Assembly: GCA_026986575.1 (NCBI GenBank)
Contig: JALSOH010000004.1
Span: 32,001 to 96,000 of the forward strand
Direction of reading: 5' to 3'
Origin: Thermoproteota archaeon
GTDB lineage: Archaea > Korarchaeota > Korarchaeia > Korarchaeales > Korarchaeaceae
Length of the DNA stretch: 64,000 nt
Numbering within the stretch: position 1 is the first letter of the stretch; each line of letters starts with the position of its first letter. Below are positions 9,264 to 18,835 of this stretch, piece after piece. The notes under the pieces were generated by a model, which was not told the DNA's origin, made no database searches, and saw only the letters and a program-made list of their open reading frames with translations. Both the position numbers and the translations under genes were made by a program.

Positions 9264-12200
9264 GTGGGGGTTGTTTCCGTGTCGTCGACCGTGAATGTTG
9301 GGGATATGAATATCGATTTCTACCCTATAGTAAAGGCCTACTTCCGGGAGCGGAAGCTCTCGGATGTCCAGATAGAGTCCTTCAACAGGTTCTTGGAGAG
9401 GGGAATACAGGAGGTCATAGATGCGTTCAAAGAGTTGGAGCTAGTGGAGAACTACAAATTGGTGCTGAGCAGAGTCTACGTGGGCAGGCCCGAGGTGGAG
9501 GAGTACGATGGTTCATCGCTCCCGGCGATGCCTAATGAGATAAGGCTGAGGAACGCCAATTACCTCGCTCCGATAGAGCTGGAGATAAAGGTATACTCTG
9601 GAGGAATGGAGCTGAAGAGCGAGAGGGTGAGGATAGGCCACATACCCATAATGGTAAGGTCCAAGGGCTGCTATCTCTACAGGCTGGATGAGAAGAGGTT
9701 GATAGAGAAGGGAGAGGACCCTAGGGATCCCGGAGGTTACTTCATCATAAACGGATCGGAGAGGGTGCTCGTCATAAGGGATGATCTAGCGCCCAATAAG
9801 GTGATAGTTGAGCAGACCACAGCGGAGAATAAACCGTACTCGCATGTGGCCCAGATAGTGTCTGCTAAGGCTGGTTTGAGGACTAGGCTCTACTTAGAGT
9901 ATTACACCCGGGATGGGACGATAAAGGCCTCCACCGGGGCCATAAGGGGAGTCCCCGTTGCCATGCTGCTGAAGGCTCTCGGACTTGAGAGGGATGAGGA
10001 CATAGTTGATGCCATATCCAGCGATGAGGAGATAAGGAATGAGTTCCTCTACAGCCTCGACGATGTCCAGAGACGGGCTGAAGAGGAGGGAACTGTTGGG
10101 ATGCTCACTCAGGAGGAGGCTCTGGACTACATAGGCAGGAGGCTCGTGCAGGCGGTTCCCAAGGCAGACAGGGTGAGGTACGCGAAGGAATACCTGAAGA
10201 ACAACCTGCTGCCTCACATCGGAAACAGCGAGGAGGACAACATGGTAAAGGCTTACTTCCTAGCCAAGATGATAGAGAAGCTGCTCAAGGTCGTCAGGGG
10301 TAAGATCGCTCCCGATGATAAGGATCACTTCTCTAACAAGAGGCTCAGACTGGCTGGAACATTGATGCAGGAGGTCTTTAGGGACGCATTTTATCAACTG
10401 GTGAGGAGGCTGAAGGAAAAGGCGGATGAGCAGCTCAGCAGTGGCGTCTATGACTTGGACGTCAGGAGGATCCTGATGAGCCAGAAGATGATCACTCAAC
10501 GCATACTGAGGGCTGTAGCTACGGGAGCCTGGCCGGGAGGCGATCTGGGCGTTAGCCAGAACTTGGAGAGGACCAACTACATAGCTACGCTGCACCACCT
10601 GAGGAGGGTCAACTCGCCCCTACCAGCTGGGCTGCCCCTTCACGAGGCGAGACAGATCCACGGTACCTCCATAGGTAGATTATGTCCCCTTGAAACTCCA
10701 GAGGGAACGAACGTGGGGCTGGTCAGGAGCCTCGCCGTGTTCAGCGATGTGACCTTCGGGACCGATCCAGAGCCTGTTATAGAGATGGTTTTGGACTGGG
10801 GCGCCAAACCCGCGGTCCAGGCAACGCCTAAGGAGGTGGGGAGGCTAACCCCCGTATACGTGGATGGCAGGCTCATAGCGTTCACCGATAAGCCAGAGGA
10901 TCTGATAGCCTTCCTCAGGGAGAGGAGGCCTGAGATGAGTCCGGAGGTTAACTTCACTTACAATAGGGAGGAGAATGCCGTCTACATAAACGCGGACGCT
11001 GGTAGGATGAGGAGGCCCCTCATACCCGTTGACAAGATAGAAGAGGCGATAAAGCTCCTGCCGGAGGTGGAGGCCGGCAACATAAGCTTCTCCGATCTCG
11101 TGAAGATGGGAGTTGTGGAGTTGCTGGATGTGGACGAGGAGGAGTCCGCGGTCATTGCCTACAGCCTCAAGGAGTTGAACGAGAGACACACCCACCTAGA
11201 CTTCGCCCCCTACGCGATGTTCGGCGTAGCCGCCTCCCAGATACCCTACGCGGAGCATAACAACATACCTAGAGACATAATCGGCGCCAATATGGTCAGG
11301 CAGGGCTTAGGCGAGTATGTAGCGAACTGGAGGCTCCGGTTCGACTCCAGAGCATTCCTCATGTTCTACCCGCAGAGACCCATAGTGAAGACGCGGGGCT
11401 CCGAGATAACGGGTTACGATTATAGACCCTCCGGGCAGAACCTCGTCGTCGCTCTCATACCTATGGATGGGTACAACATGGACGACGCCTTAGTCATGTC
11501 GAAGGGCTCGATAGATAGGGGTGCCGCGAGGGCGGTCTTCTTCAGGACCTATGAGGCGGAGGCTAGGAGGCAAGCCATAATAGAGGGTGATCGGTTTGAG
11601 AACCCACTGCCGCTCAAGAAGGTATCTGGAAAGAAGGAGGAGCAGTACTACCAGAAGCTCGGGGAGGATGGCATAGTAGATCCCGAGACCTATGTTGAGG
11701 GAGGAGATGTCCTCATAGGTAAGACTAGCCCGCCCAGGTTCTCACCGGAGCTGTCCATCGGAGGGGGCTACCAGTACACCTTCGAGAGGAGGGACACCTC
11801 CATAGCTATGAGGGCATGGGAGAAGGGTGTGGTCACTGATGTCCTGCTGGCAACTAAGACGGGTGGAGAGAAGCTAGTCAGGGTCAAGGTCAGGGACACG
11901 AGGCCTCCCGAACTGGGAGACAAGTTCGCCACGAGACATGGTCAGAAAGGAGTGCTCGGCATGATATACAGGCAGGAGGATATGCCCTTCACTTCCGAGG
12001 GCATAGTGCCTGACATAGTTCTAGATCCGCACGCTATACCCTCTAGGATGACCATAGGCCAGCTCTACGAGATACTGGCGGGGAAGGTGGGTGCTCTGGA
12101 GGGCAGGTTCGTTGACGGCACTCCTTTCATGTCCGAGCCTGTGGAGGACCTCATGGAGGCCCTGAAGAAGCTCGGATTTGAGTATAGCGGTGAGGAGATA

Positions 12201-12653
12201 ATGTACGATGGCAGGACCGGTCGGATGATAAAGGCTCCCATATTCATAGGCATCAGCTACTACCAGAGGCTCAAGCACATGGTCAGGGACAAGATACACG
12301 CCAGAGCAAGGGGACAGATGCAGCTCCTGACGAGGCAGCCGGTCGAGGGAAGGGCTAGAGGTGGCGGACTCAGGCTCGGTGAGATGGAGGGAGAGGTGCT
12401 CATCTCGCACGGAGCCGCTTCGGTAATGAGGGACAGGTACGTTGAGCAGTCGGATAAGACGATAATCTACGTCTGCAAGAATTGCGGCACAGTAGCGTTC
12501 TTCAACCAGAGGACCAACGAGTTCTTCTGTCCGAGGTGCCAGTCATCCGTTGAGGTGAAGCCGCTGATCACCAGTCACGCCTCGAAGCTGTTCATTGATG
12601 AGCTGATGAGCGGTCACATAGACGTTAGGCTAGATGTGAGGGAGGAGGTCTGA
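9264..12653 (+). CDS. rpo2: RNA polymerase subunit Rpo2 (B, unsplit)
   Basis: GGYFIINGSERV, CPLETPEG, GDKFATRHGQKG, YYQRLKHMV, C-terminal Zn ribbon; exact start uncertain (9264-9306). Confidence 0.98.
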   Translation: MGVVSVSSTVNVGDMNIDFYPIVKAYFRERKLSDVQIESFNRFLERGIQEVIDAFKELELVENYKLVLSRVYVGRPEVEEYDGSSLPAMPNEIRLRNANYLAPIELEIKVYSGGMELKSERVRIGHIPIMVRSKGCYLYRLDEKRLIEKGEDPRDPGGYFIINGSERVLVIRDDLAPNKVIVEQTTAENKPYSHVAQIVSAKAGLRTRLYLEYYTRDGTIKASTGAIRGVPVAMLLKALGLERDEDIVDAISSDEEIRNEFLYSLDDVQRRAEEEGTVGMLTQEEALDYIGRRLVQAVPKADRVRYAKEYLKNNLLPHIGNSEEDNMVKAYFLAKMIEKLLKVVRGKIAPDDKDHFSNKRLRLAGTLMQEVFRDAFYQLVRRLKEKADEQLSSGVYDLDVRRILMSQKMITQRILRAVATGAWPGGDLGVSQNLERTNYIATLHHLRRVNSPLPAGLPLHEARQIHGTSIGRLCPLETPEGTNVGLVRSLAVFSDVTFGTDPEPVIEMVLDWGAKPAVQATPKEVGRLTPVYVDGRLIAFTDKPEDLIAFLRERRPEMSPEVNFTYNREENAVYINADAGRMRRPLIPVDKIEEAIKLLPEVEAGNISFSDLVKMGVVELLDVDEEESAVIAYSLKELNERHTHLDFAPYAMFGVAASQIPYAEHNNIPRDIIGANMVRQGLGEYVANWRLRFDSRAFLMFYPQRPIVKTRGSEITGYDYRPSGQNLVVALIPMDGYNMDDALVMSKGSIDRGAARAVFFRTYEAEARRQAIIEGDRFENPLPLKKVSGKKEEQYYQKLGEDGIVDPETYVEGGDVLIGKTSPPRFSPELSIGGGYQYTFERRDTSIAMRAWEKGVVTDVLLATKTGGEKLVRVKVRDTRPPELGDKFATRHGQKGVLGMIYRQEDMPFTSEGIVPDIVLDPHAIPSRMTIGQLYEILAGKVGALEGRFVDGTPFMSEPVEDLMEALKKLGFEYSGEEIMYDGRTGRMIKAPIFIGISYYQRLKHMVRDKIHARARGQMQLLTRQPVEGRARGGGLRLGEMEGEVLISHGAASVMRDRYVEQSDKTIIYVCKNCGTVAFFNQRTNEFFCPRCQSSVEVKPLITSHASKLFIDELMSGHIDVRLDVREEV

Positions 12654-12669
12654 AGGAGGAGGTGATCTC

Positions 12670-15600
12670 ATGGCGTTGATATGGGAACCGGTGGCCGATG
12701 AGGAAGCCATTCCCTACAGCCTCAGGAAGGTAATGTTCGGTCTCATCTCCCCGTCTGATGCCCGGAGAATAGGGTTCATCGAGATAACCGAGCCGACCGC
12801 CTACGATGAGGGCGGCCTACCAGTACAGGGAGGAGTGTTGGATCCCAGACTCGGAACGATAAATCCCAGGAAGAGGTGCCCCATCTGTGGGAACTATCCG
12901 AAGAACTGTCCCGGGCACTTCGGTAGGATAGAGTTAGCGATGCCCGTTGTTCACATAGGCTACGTTAAGAGGATAAAGGATGCCCTGAACACTGTCTGTC
13001 ATAAGTGTGGTAAGGTCTTGCTCCCCGAGGAGGAAAGGGCTTACTTCATATCCCGGGCCAAGGAAGTGGCTGAGAGGAATCCTGAGAAGAAGATAGATGA
13101 CGAGCTGGTCAGGCAGGTCAGGGAAGAGGTGAAGAAGTACACCAAGAAGCACAAGAAGTGCCCTCACTGTGGAGCTGACGTGCAGAGGGTGGAGCTGGAG
13201 GAGGTATATAAGTTTATAGTCAAGGAACCGGAGCCTAGGAGGCTATGGCCTACTGAGATAAGGGATATACTAGAGAGAGTTAGTGACGATGACTCTCTCC
13301 TTATAGGATTCAATCCTGAGAGGGCCAGGCCTGAATGGACCGTTCTCACCGTGCTACTAGTGCCTCCTCTCCCGGTCAGACCTTCAATATATCTAGAAAC
13401 TGGTGAGAGATCCGAGGACGATCTCACTCACATTCTGGTGGAGATACTCAAGGTAAATAGAAAGCTCCATAACTCCAAGAGGCTGGGCGCTCCCAGCAGC
13501 ATGGTCGAGAGCGAGTGGGACCTACTGCAGTACTGGGTGAGTGTGTTCTTCAATAACGCTGCCGCTAATATGCCCGTAGCTACGCAGAAGGGGACTAGGA
13601 GGCCCCTCAAATCCCTGTTCCAGAGGCTCAGCGGTAAGGAGGGAAGGCTTAGGAAGAACCTCATAGGCAAGAGGGTTAACTTCTCCAGCAGGACCGTGAT
13701 CTCCCCCGATCCGATGATAGACATAGATGAGGTAGGAGTACCTGTGGAGATAGCCATGGTCCTCACCGTTCCGGAGTACGTCAACGAGAACAACATAGAG
13801 AAGCTCAAGGAGCTAGTCATGAGGGGGCCTGATGAGTATCCCGGCGCCAACACCGTGAGGAAGGGTGGGGCCACTCCATTGAGCCTGAAGATAATCCAGA
13901 GGAAGGGCAAGGAGGCGCTCAAAGAGGTCGCCGAGCAGCTGGAGCCCGGTGATGTGGTGGAGAGGCACCTGATGGATGGCGACTATGTAATATTCAACAG
14001 GCAACCGTCACTACACAAACTCTCCATGCTCGGGCATAGGGTGAAGGTGCTGCCCGGCGCTACATTCAGGCTTCACCCCGCCGTTTGCGTTCCCTACAAC
14101 GCAGATTTCGATGGAGATGAGATGAACCTCCACGCGCCCCAGCTCCTCGATGGGGCTATCGAGGCTAAGGAGCTGATGGGCGTGAAGAACAACATGCTCT
14201 CCCCGAGGACTGGAGGTTCCATTGTGGGGGCTAGACAGGACTTCATAACTGCCCTGTACATGATAACGAAGAAGGACTCGCTCTTTGACAAGTCGGAGGC
14301 TACGCGGATCCTCGCTAGAGCTGGCATAACGGAGCTTCCCGAGCCGGCCATAAAGAAGCCAAAGGAACTCTGGACGGGGAAGCAGCTCATATCTGTGCTG
14401 CTCCCCAAGGATTTGGACTTCGAGTCTGTAGCCAAGTCAGCCAAGGGAGTGGAGTGCGTAGATCCCTCCTGCCCCGGAGACGGGTACGTATTGATAAGGA
14501 GAGGTCAGCTCCTTTCCGGAGTCTTGGATGACGACATCGTGGGAACCCTCGTTAAGGGGAAGCTCACGATAATAGATGTCCTCATAAGGGATTACGGTAA
14601 TGAGATGGCCGCCGACTTCCTCAACAAGCTGTTGAAGATAGCTGCCAAGGAAGTCATGCTCTACGGAATAACCACCTCCCCCAAGGAGTTGATGATGCCT
14701 GAAGAGGCCTACAAGGAGATAGACGACATCTACTCACAGCTCAAGGAGGAGGTAATGGAGCTGATAAGGAGTAGGCCCATAGTCAGGAAGGCGGCCATTT
14801 ACAGGACAAAAGAAGAGCTCCTCAGATTGATGAGAGAGGAGCAAATGCTAGAATTCGATATAGTTCAGACGATAGATAGCTTCTGGAGCAAGGTCAGCGA
14901 TGTCGTCGCCAAGTACGTCGATCCGAAATCCAATGTAGCCATAATGGCCAAGACAGGAGCCAGGGGTTCGATAGCGAACCTGTCCCAGATAATGGGTCAG
15001 GTCGGGCAGCAGAAGATCAAGACGAGGATCGGATTCGTGCTAACCAGCGGTAGGCCTAGGAAAGGGTATAGAGACAGGGTGCTCTCCTATTTCGAGAGAG
15101 GCGACCTCAGCCCAGAGGCGAGGGGATTCGTGAGGAACAGTTACGTCAAGGGATTGAATCCCGTCGAATTCATATTCCACGCCATGTCCAGCAGGGAGTC
15201 CCTCATAGACAAGGGTAGGAGGACCGAGGACAGTGGGTACTTCTACAGAAGGGTAGCTAACTCGCTCAAGGATGTTTATGTGTCCTACGATGAGACGGTC
15301 AGGGACTCGCTGGGACACATCCTCCAGTTCAGGTTCGGCGGTGATGGATACGATCCGACCAAGTTGTTCAGGAACGAGCCCGTCAACATCAAGAGGATAA
15401 TAGAGAAGCATGTGAAGGGTAAGAGGAAGAGGGGTGTTTCCAAGAGCAGGATAGAGGAGGCGCTGAAGGAGGCTGGACTCCCGACAGCCCTAGCGGAGAA
15501 GATACATGAGGCGAGGCCTAAGGAGTCCGAGCTCAGGGCAATAATAGAGGAGCTGAAAAGGGGCTTCGAACGGGCTAAGGTTGAGGTCCTGACCCCTATA

Positions 15601-16641
15601 GGCCTCATCAGCGCCCAGAGCATAGCGGAGCCAACCACTCAGATGGTTCTCAGGACCTTCCACGCGCCCGGACTGCTGGCCATGGATGTGACCCATGGGG
15701 TGGAGAGGTTCAAGGAACTCGTGTTCTACGCCTCTACGAGCACTCCCACCATGGAGATACATCTCAAGCCCGAGTGCCAAGACGATGAGGTGAAGATAAG
15801 GAAGGTGATAAGGAGCATCAGGGAACTGAGGATAAGGGACCTTATAGAGGAGTACGCCATAGACAACTTCGGCTATAGGCTCATATTGAAGCCCGACATG
15901 AGGGCTCTAGAGAGCAACCTGATCACCCTCGACAAGTTCGTGGGCTACATAAGAAGCGCCGTCAAAAACATGAAGGGAGAAGTCTCTCTAGAGGGCGATA
16001 AAGTCGTAGTAGAGCTCTTCGAGGCGGCTAAGAAGGATAAGCCTCTTCAAACCCTCAGATCTTGGTCTTACAGGGTGCTGGATAAGCTGGTCTCCGGTAT
16101 AAAGGGGATAAAGAGGGCATGGGTAGAGACCGTAGAGGTGGATGGTAAGAAGGAGTACGTGATAAGGACTACGGGATCCAACTTGGCTGAGGTCCTCAAC
16201 CTGAGCTGTGTCGACGTATCCAAGACGATAACCAACGATTGTAAGGAGATCGAGAAGGTTCTGGGTATAGAGGCTGCTAGGAACTGCATATTCAAAGAGC
16301 TGGCCCGTATATTGGAGGAACAGGGTCTGGAAGTTGATAGGAGGTACATCTCCTTGGTGGCTGATACGATGACCTACTCTGGCACCATAGAGGCCATAAG
16401 GTTGCAGGCTGCTGGGGTTGCATCAGGGTTCTTCAGCGAGATGAAGACCCCCCTCAGCAAGATGGCCTTCGAGTGGACCACCCACGTCATCCTGAATACT
16501 GCTAGGCGTGGTGAGGATAATCCGATAGTGGGACCACTAGACGCTTTAATAATGGGACAGACCCCGCCAATAGGGACGGGAAGGGTTTCGGTCAGGTGGG
16601 ATCTCAGCCCGCCCGGTAGCAGTAGAGGTGATAATGAATGA
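12670..16641 (+). CDS. rpo1: RNA polymerase subunit Rpo1, A' and A'' fused
   Basis: CPGHFG, NRQPSLH, YNADFDGDEMN, then the A'' part AQSIAEPTTQMVLRTFH and LGIEAAR in one ORF. Confidence 0.98.
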   Translation: MALIWEPVADEEAIPYSLRKVMFGLISPSDARRIGFIEITEPTAYDEGGLPVQGGVLDPRLGTINPRKRCPICGNYPKNCPGHFGRIELAMPVVHIGYVKRIKDALNTVCHKCGKVLLPEEERAYFISRAKEVAERNPEKKIDDELVRQVREEVKKYTKKHKKCPHCGADVQRVELEEVYKFIVKEPEPRRLWPTEIRDILERVSDDDSLLIGFNPERARPEWTVLTVLLVPPLPVRPSIYLETGERSEDDLTHILVEILKVNRKLHNSKRLGAPSSMVESEWDLLQYWVSVFFNNAAANMPVATQKGTRRPLKSLFQRLSGKEGRLRKNLIGKRVNFSSRTVISPDPMIDIDEVGVPVEIAMVLTVPEYVNENNIEKLKELVMRGPDEYPGANTVRKGGATPLSLKIIQRKGKEALKEVAEQLEPGDVVERHLMDGDYVIFNRQPSLHKLSMLGHRVKVLPGATFRLHPAVCVPYNADFDGDEMNLHAPQLLDGAIEAKELMGVKNNMLSPRTGGSIVGARQDFITALYMITKKDSLFDKSEATRILARAGITELPEPAIKKPKELWTGKQLISVLLPKDLDFESVAKSAKGVECVDPSCPGDGYVLIRRGQLLSGVLDDDIVGTLVKGKLTIIDVLIRDYGNEMAADFLNKLLKIAAKEVMLYGITTSPKELMMPEEAYKEIDDIYSQLKEEVMELIRSRPIVRKAAIYRTKEELLRLMREEQMLEFDIVQTIDSFWSKVSDVVAKYVDPKSNVAIMAKTGARGSIANLSQIMGQVGQQKIKTRIGFVLTSGRPRKGYRDRVLSYFERGDLSPEARGFVRNSYVKGLNPVEFIFHAMSSRESLIDKGRRTEDSGYFYRRVANSLKDVYVSYDETVRDSLGHILQFRFGGDGYDPTKLFRNEPVNIKRIIEKHVKGKRKRGVSKSRIEEALKEAGLPTALAEKIHEARPKESELRAIIEELKRGFERAKVEVLTPIGLISAQSIAEPTTQMVLRTFHAPGLLAMDVTHGVERFKELVFYASTSTPTMEIHLKPECQDDEVKIRKVIRSIRELRIRDLIEEYAIDNFGYRLILKPDMRALESNLITLDKFVGYIRSAVKNMKGEVSLEGDKVVVELFEAAKKDKPLQTLRSWSYRVLDKLVSGIKGIKRAWVETVEVDGKKEYVIRTTGSNLAEVLNLSCVDVSKTITNDCKEIEKVLGIEAARNCIFKELARILEEQGLEVDRRYISLVADTMTYSGTIEAIRLQAAGVASGFFSEMKTPLSKMAFEWTTHVILNTARRGEDNPIVGPLDALIMGQTPPIGTGRVSVRWDLSPPGSSRGDNE

Positions 16642-16949
16642 GCAGTGAGGTTGAACCTGAGCTTTACCTAGCTCTCAAGTCCGGAAATGTGATACTGGGA
16701 GCTAGAAGGGTGATAAAGCAGCTGAAATCCGGAGAGAATCCCAAGTTGGTGATAGTCGCCAGCAACGCGCCGCAGGACATAAAGATGGAGGTCGAGTACT
16801 TGGCTAAGCTGGCCAACGTACCAGTCTACCAGTACCCCGGCAAATCTATCGACCTTGGAAGGGCCTTTAAGAAGCCCTTCTTCGTTTCAGTGGCAGCGGT
16901 AATGGAGGAGGGTGAGTCCAAAATCTTGGAGGTCTTAGGAGTGGAGTGA
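16638..16949 (+). CDS. rpl30e: 50S ribosomal protein L30e
   Basis: KSGNVILG, LVIVASNAP, DLGRAFKKPF, GESKIL; conserved position after rpo1. Confidence 0.95.
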   Translation: MSSEVEPELYLALKSGNVILGARRVIKQLKSGENPKLVIVASNAPQDIKMEVEYLAKLANVPVYQYPGKSIDLGRAFKKPFFVSVAAVMEEGESKILEVLGVE

Positions 16950-16968
16950 TCTCTGGAGGTGTAGGGGG

Positions 16969-17439
16969 ATTCCAGGTAGGAAGGTCATCATAACGCCTGA
17001 ACAGTTCCGCTACATACAGCTCTTCCATAACATGCTCGGGGTCAGGCCCAAGGATGTCGTGGAGGATAAAGAGGAGAATAGGCTTATTTTCGTGGTGGAG
17101 AAGGGCGATCTAGGAAGGGCAGTAGGGAGGGGAGGTAGGAAGCTGAAGACCATGAGGCGCCTCCTGAGGGGAGACCTAGACATGTCCATAGAGGTCGTCG
17201 AGTTCGACGACACTCCGGAGGGATTCGTGACCAATCTGCTGAGCCCAGCCAGAGTACCCAAGGTCAGGATAGTGAAGCAGGGCGATGAGACCGTCGCTAT
17301 CGCATACGTAGTCGAACAGGATAAGAGCATAGCAATAGGGAAGAACGGTAGGAGGATAAAGAGGGCTAGGATCCTAGCCAAGAGGTGGTACAGCATAGAC
17401 AACATTAAAATAGCAACATGGACTACCCCTACCTCGTGA
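16969..17439 (+). CDS. nusA: Archaeal NusA (two KH domains), probably initiating at ATT 16969
   Basis: GRAVGRGG and AIGKNG KH motifs; the conserved N-terminal ITPEQFRYIQLF lies upstream of the first ATG (17032). Confidence 0.92.
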   Translation: MPGRKVIITPEQFRYIQLFHNMLGVRPKDVVEDKEENRLIFVVEKGDLGRAVGRGGRKLKTMRRLLRGDLDMSIEVVEFDDTPEGFVTNLLSPARVPKVRIVKQGDETVAIAYVVEQDKSIAIGKNGRRIKRARILAKRWYSIDNIKIATWTTPTS

Positions 17440-17448
17440 GGTGGTTGC

Positions 17449-17889
17449 ATGGGTAAGAAATCTCCGCTGGGACTGTACGCCGCTCGAGGATTAGCTGAGA
17501 AGTACAAGGAGAAGAGGCTTCACAGCTGGAAGGTCAGGAGGAGACTGTACAGGCTGAAGGAAAAATTCGACCCTCTAGAGGGCGCGCCCATGGCTAGGGG
17601 CATAGTGCTGGAGAAGGTGGGTCTCGAGGCGAGGCAACCCCACTCCGGGTTGAGGAAGGCGGTCAAGGTCCAGTTAGCTAAAAACGGGGTCATAGTCACC
17701 GCGTTCGCGCCGGGAGATGGTGCTCTGAACGTGATCAATGAGCACGATGAGGTGATAATCGAGGGCATCGGCGGTTCTAGGGGCAGATCCATGGGAGACA
17801 TACCCGGAGTCAGGTATAAGGTGATAAAGGTCAACGGCGTATCCCTGCAGGCGATACTGCAGGGTAAGAAGGAGAAGCCCAGCAGGTGA
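17449..17889 (+). CDS. rps12: 30S ribosomal protein S12 (uS12)
   Basis: [34 protein letters not shown]. Confidence 0.97.
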   Translation: MGKKSPLGLYAARGLAEKYKEKRLHSWKVRRRLYRLKEKFDPLEGAPMARGIVLEKVGLEARQPHSGLRKAVKVQLAKNGVIVTAFAPGDGALNVINEHDEVIIEGIGGSRGRSMGDIPGVRYKVIKVNGVSLQAILQGKKEKPSR

Positions 17890-17893
17890 TCGC

Positions 17894-18544
17894 ATGAGCG
17901 AGGAGGTTGAGGCCAAGGAGAAGAACCCCAAGACCGGTGGTCCCGAGATAAAGCTATTCGGTAAGTGGAGCTACGAGGGAGTTGAGGTGAAGAACGTCGC
18001 CCTGAAGAGGGTGATCTCCCTCAAGCCCGTTTACCTTCCGCACACCGGCGGAAGGCACGAGCATAAGAGGTTCGGGAAGCTCGAGCTTCCCATCGTTGAG
18101 AGGCTGGTTAACAGGCTCATGAGTCAGGCTATCAATGCTGGTAGTAAGAAGGACCATGTGAACAGCAAGAATCCAGGGAAGAAGCTCAAGGCCCTGAGGA
18201 CCGTTAAGTACGCGTTCCAGATCATCGAGTTGAGGACCGGCCGGAACCCCATACAGGTCTTCATAGACGCCATCGAGAACTCCATAATAAGGGAGGAGGT
18301 CACTAGGATCATGTACGGAGGAGTCAGCTACTTCCACGCCGTCGACACTTCACCGAGCAGGATGGTCGACCTCGCCATCAGGCACATAGCTCAGGGAGCG
18401 GCCATGAAGGCATTCAGGAGCCCGAGGAGCTTGGCCGAGGCCCTTGCTGATGAGATAATCGCTGCTGCCGAGTACGACAGGAACAAGAGCTTCGCCATAA
18501 GGAGGAAGGAGGAAATAGAGAGGATTGCCTTGAGCAGCAGGTGA
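17894..18544 (+). CDS. rps7: 30S ribosomal protein S7 (uS7)
   Basis: [39 protein letters not shown]. Confidence 0.97.
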   Translation: MSEEVEAKEKNPKTGGPEIKLFGKWSYEGVEVKNVALKRVISLKPVYLPHTGGRHEHKRFGKLELPIVERLVNRLMSQAINAGSKKDHVNSKNPGKKLKALRTVKYAFQIIELRTGRNPIQVFIDAIENSIIREEVTRIMYGGVSYFHAVDTSPSRMVDLAIRHIAQGAAMKAFRSPRSLAEALADEIIAAAEYDRNKSFAIRRKEEIERIALSSR

Positions 18545-18600
18545 TCCCGTTCCATCCCATCCATTTATAATATGAGGAGTCTGGGTTTTGGTGATGAGTT

Positions 18601-18831
18601 ATGAGTAGGGAGCTCCCGATATCGCATCTTAGGAAGGCCCATGGCGCCGAGATAACCGTCAGACTGAAGAACGGAAGTGAGATAAGAGGTAAGCTGCTGG
18701 TTTACGATGAGATGATGAACTTGGTCCTAGATTCAGCTAGGGAACTAGATCCCGACACGAAAGAAGTGAGGAGGAGTATGGGCACCCTCTTCATAAGGGG
18801 AAACAACGTACTCTTCATAACACTGGAGTGA
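18601..18831 (+). CDS. Sm-like archaeal protein (SmAP/Lsm)
   Basis: VRLKNGSEIRGKL..YDEMMNLVL, FIRGNNV Sm1/Sm2 motifs; TTTATAA box at about 18564. Confidence 0.93.
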   Translation: MSRELPISHLRKAHGAEITVRLKNGSEIRGKLLVYDEMMNLVLDSARELDPDTKEVRRSMGTLFIRGNNVLFITLE

Positions 18832-18835
18832 TTTT

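Noticed and set aside
12670-16641. Unsplit Rpo1 as a novelty
   Set aside because: Already known for Korarchaeota and Thaumarchaeota; used only as a taxonomic clue.
4243-16641. Inteins in DP2 or RNAP subunits
   Set aside because: Lengths are normal and no splice-junction or LAGLIDADG motifs were seen.
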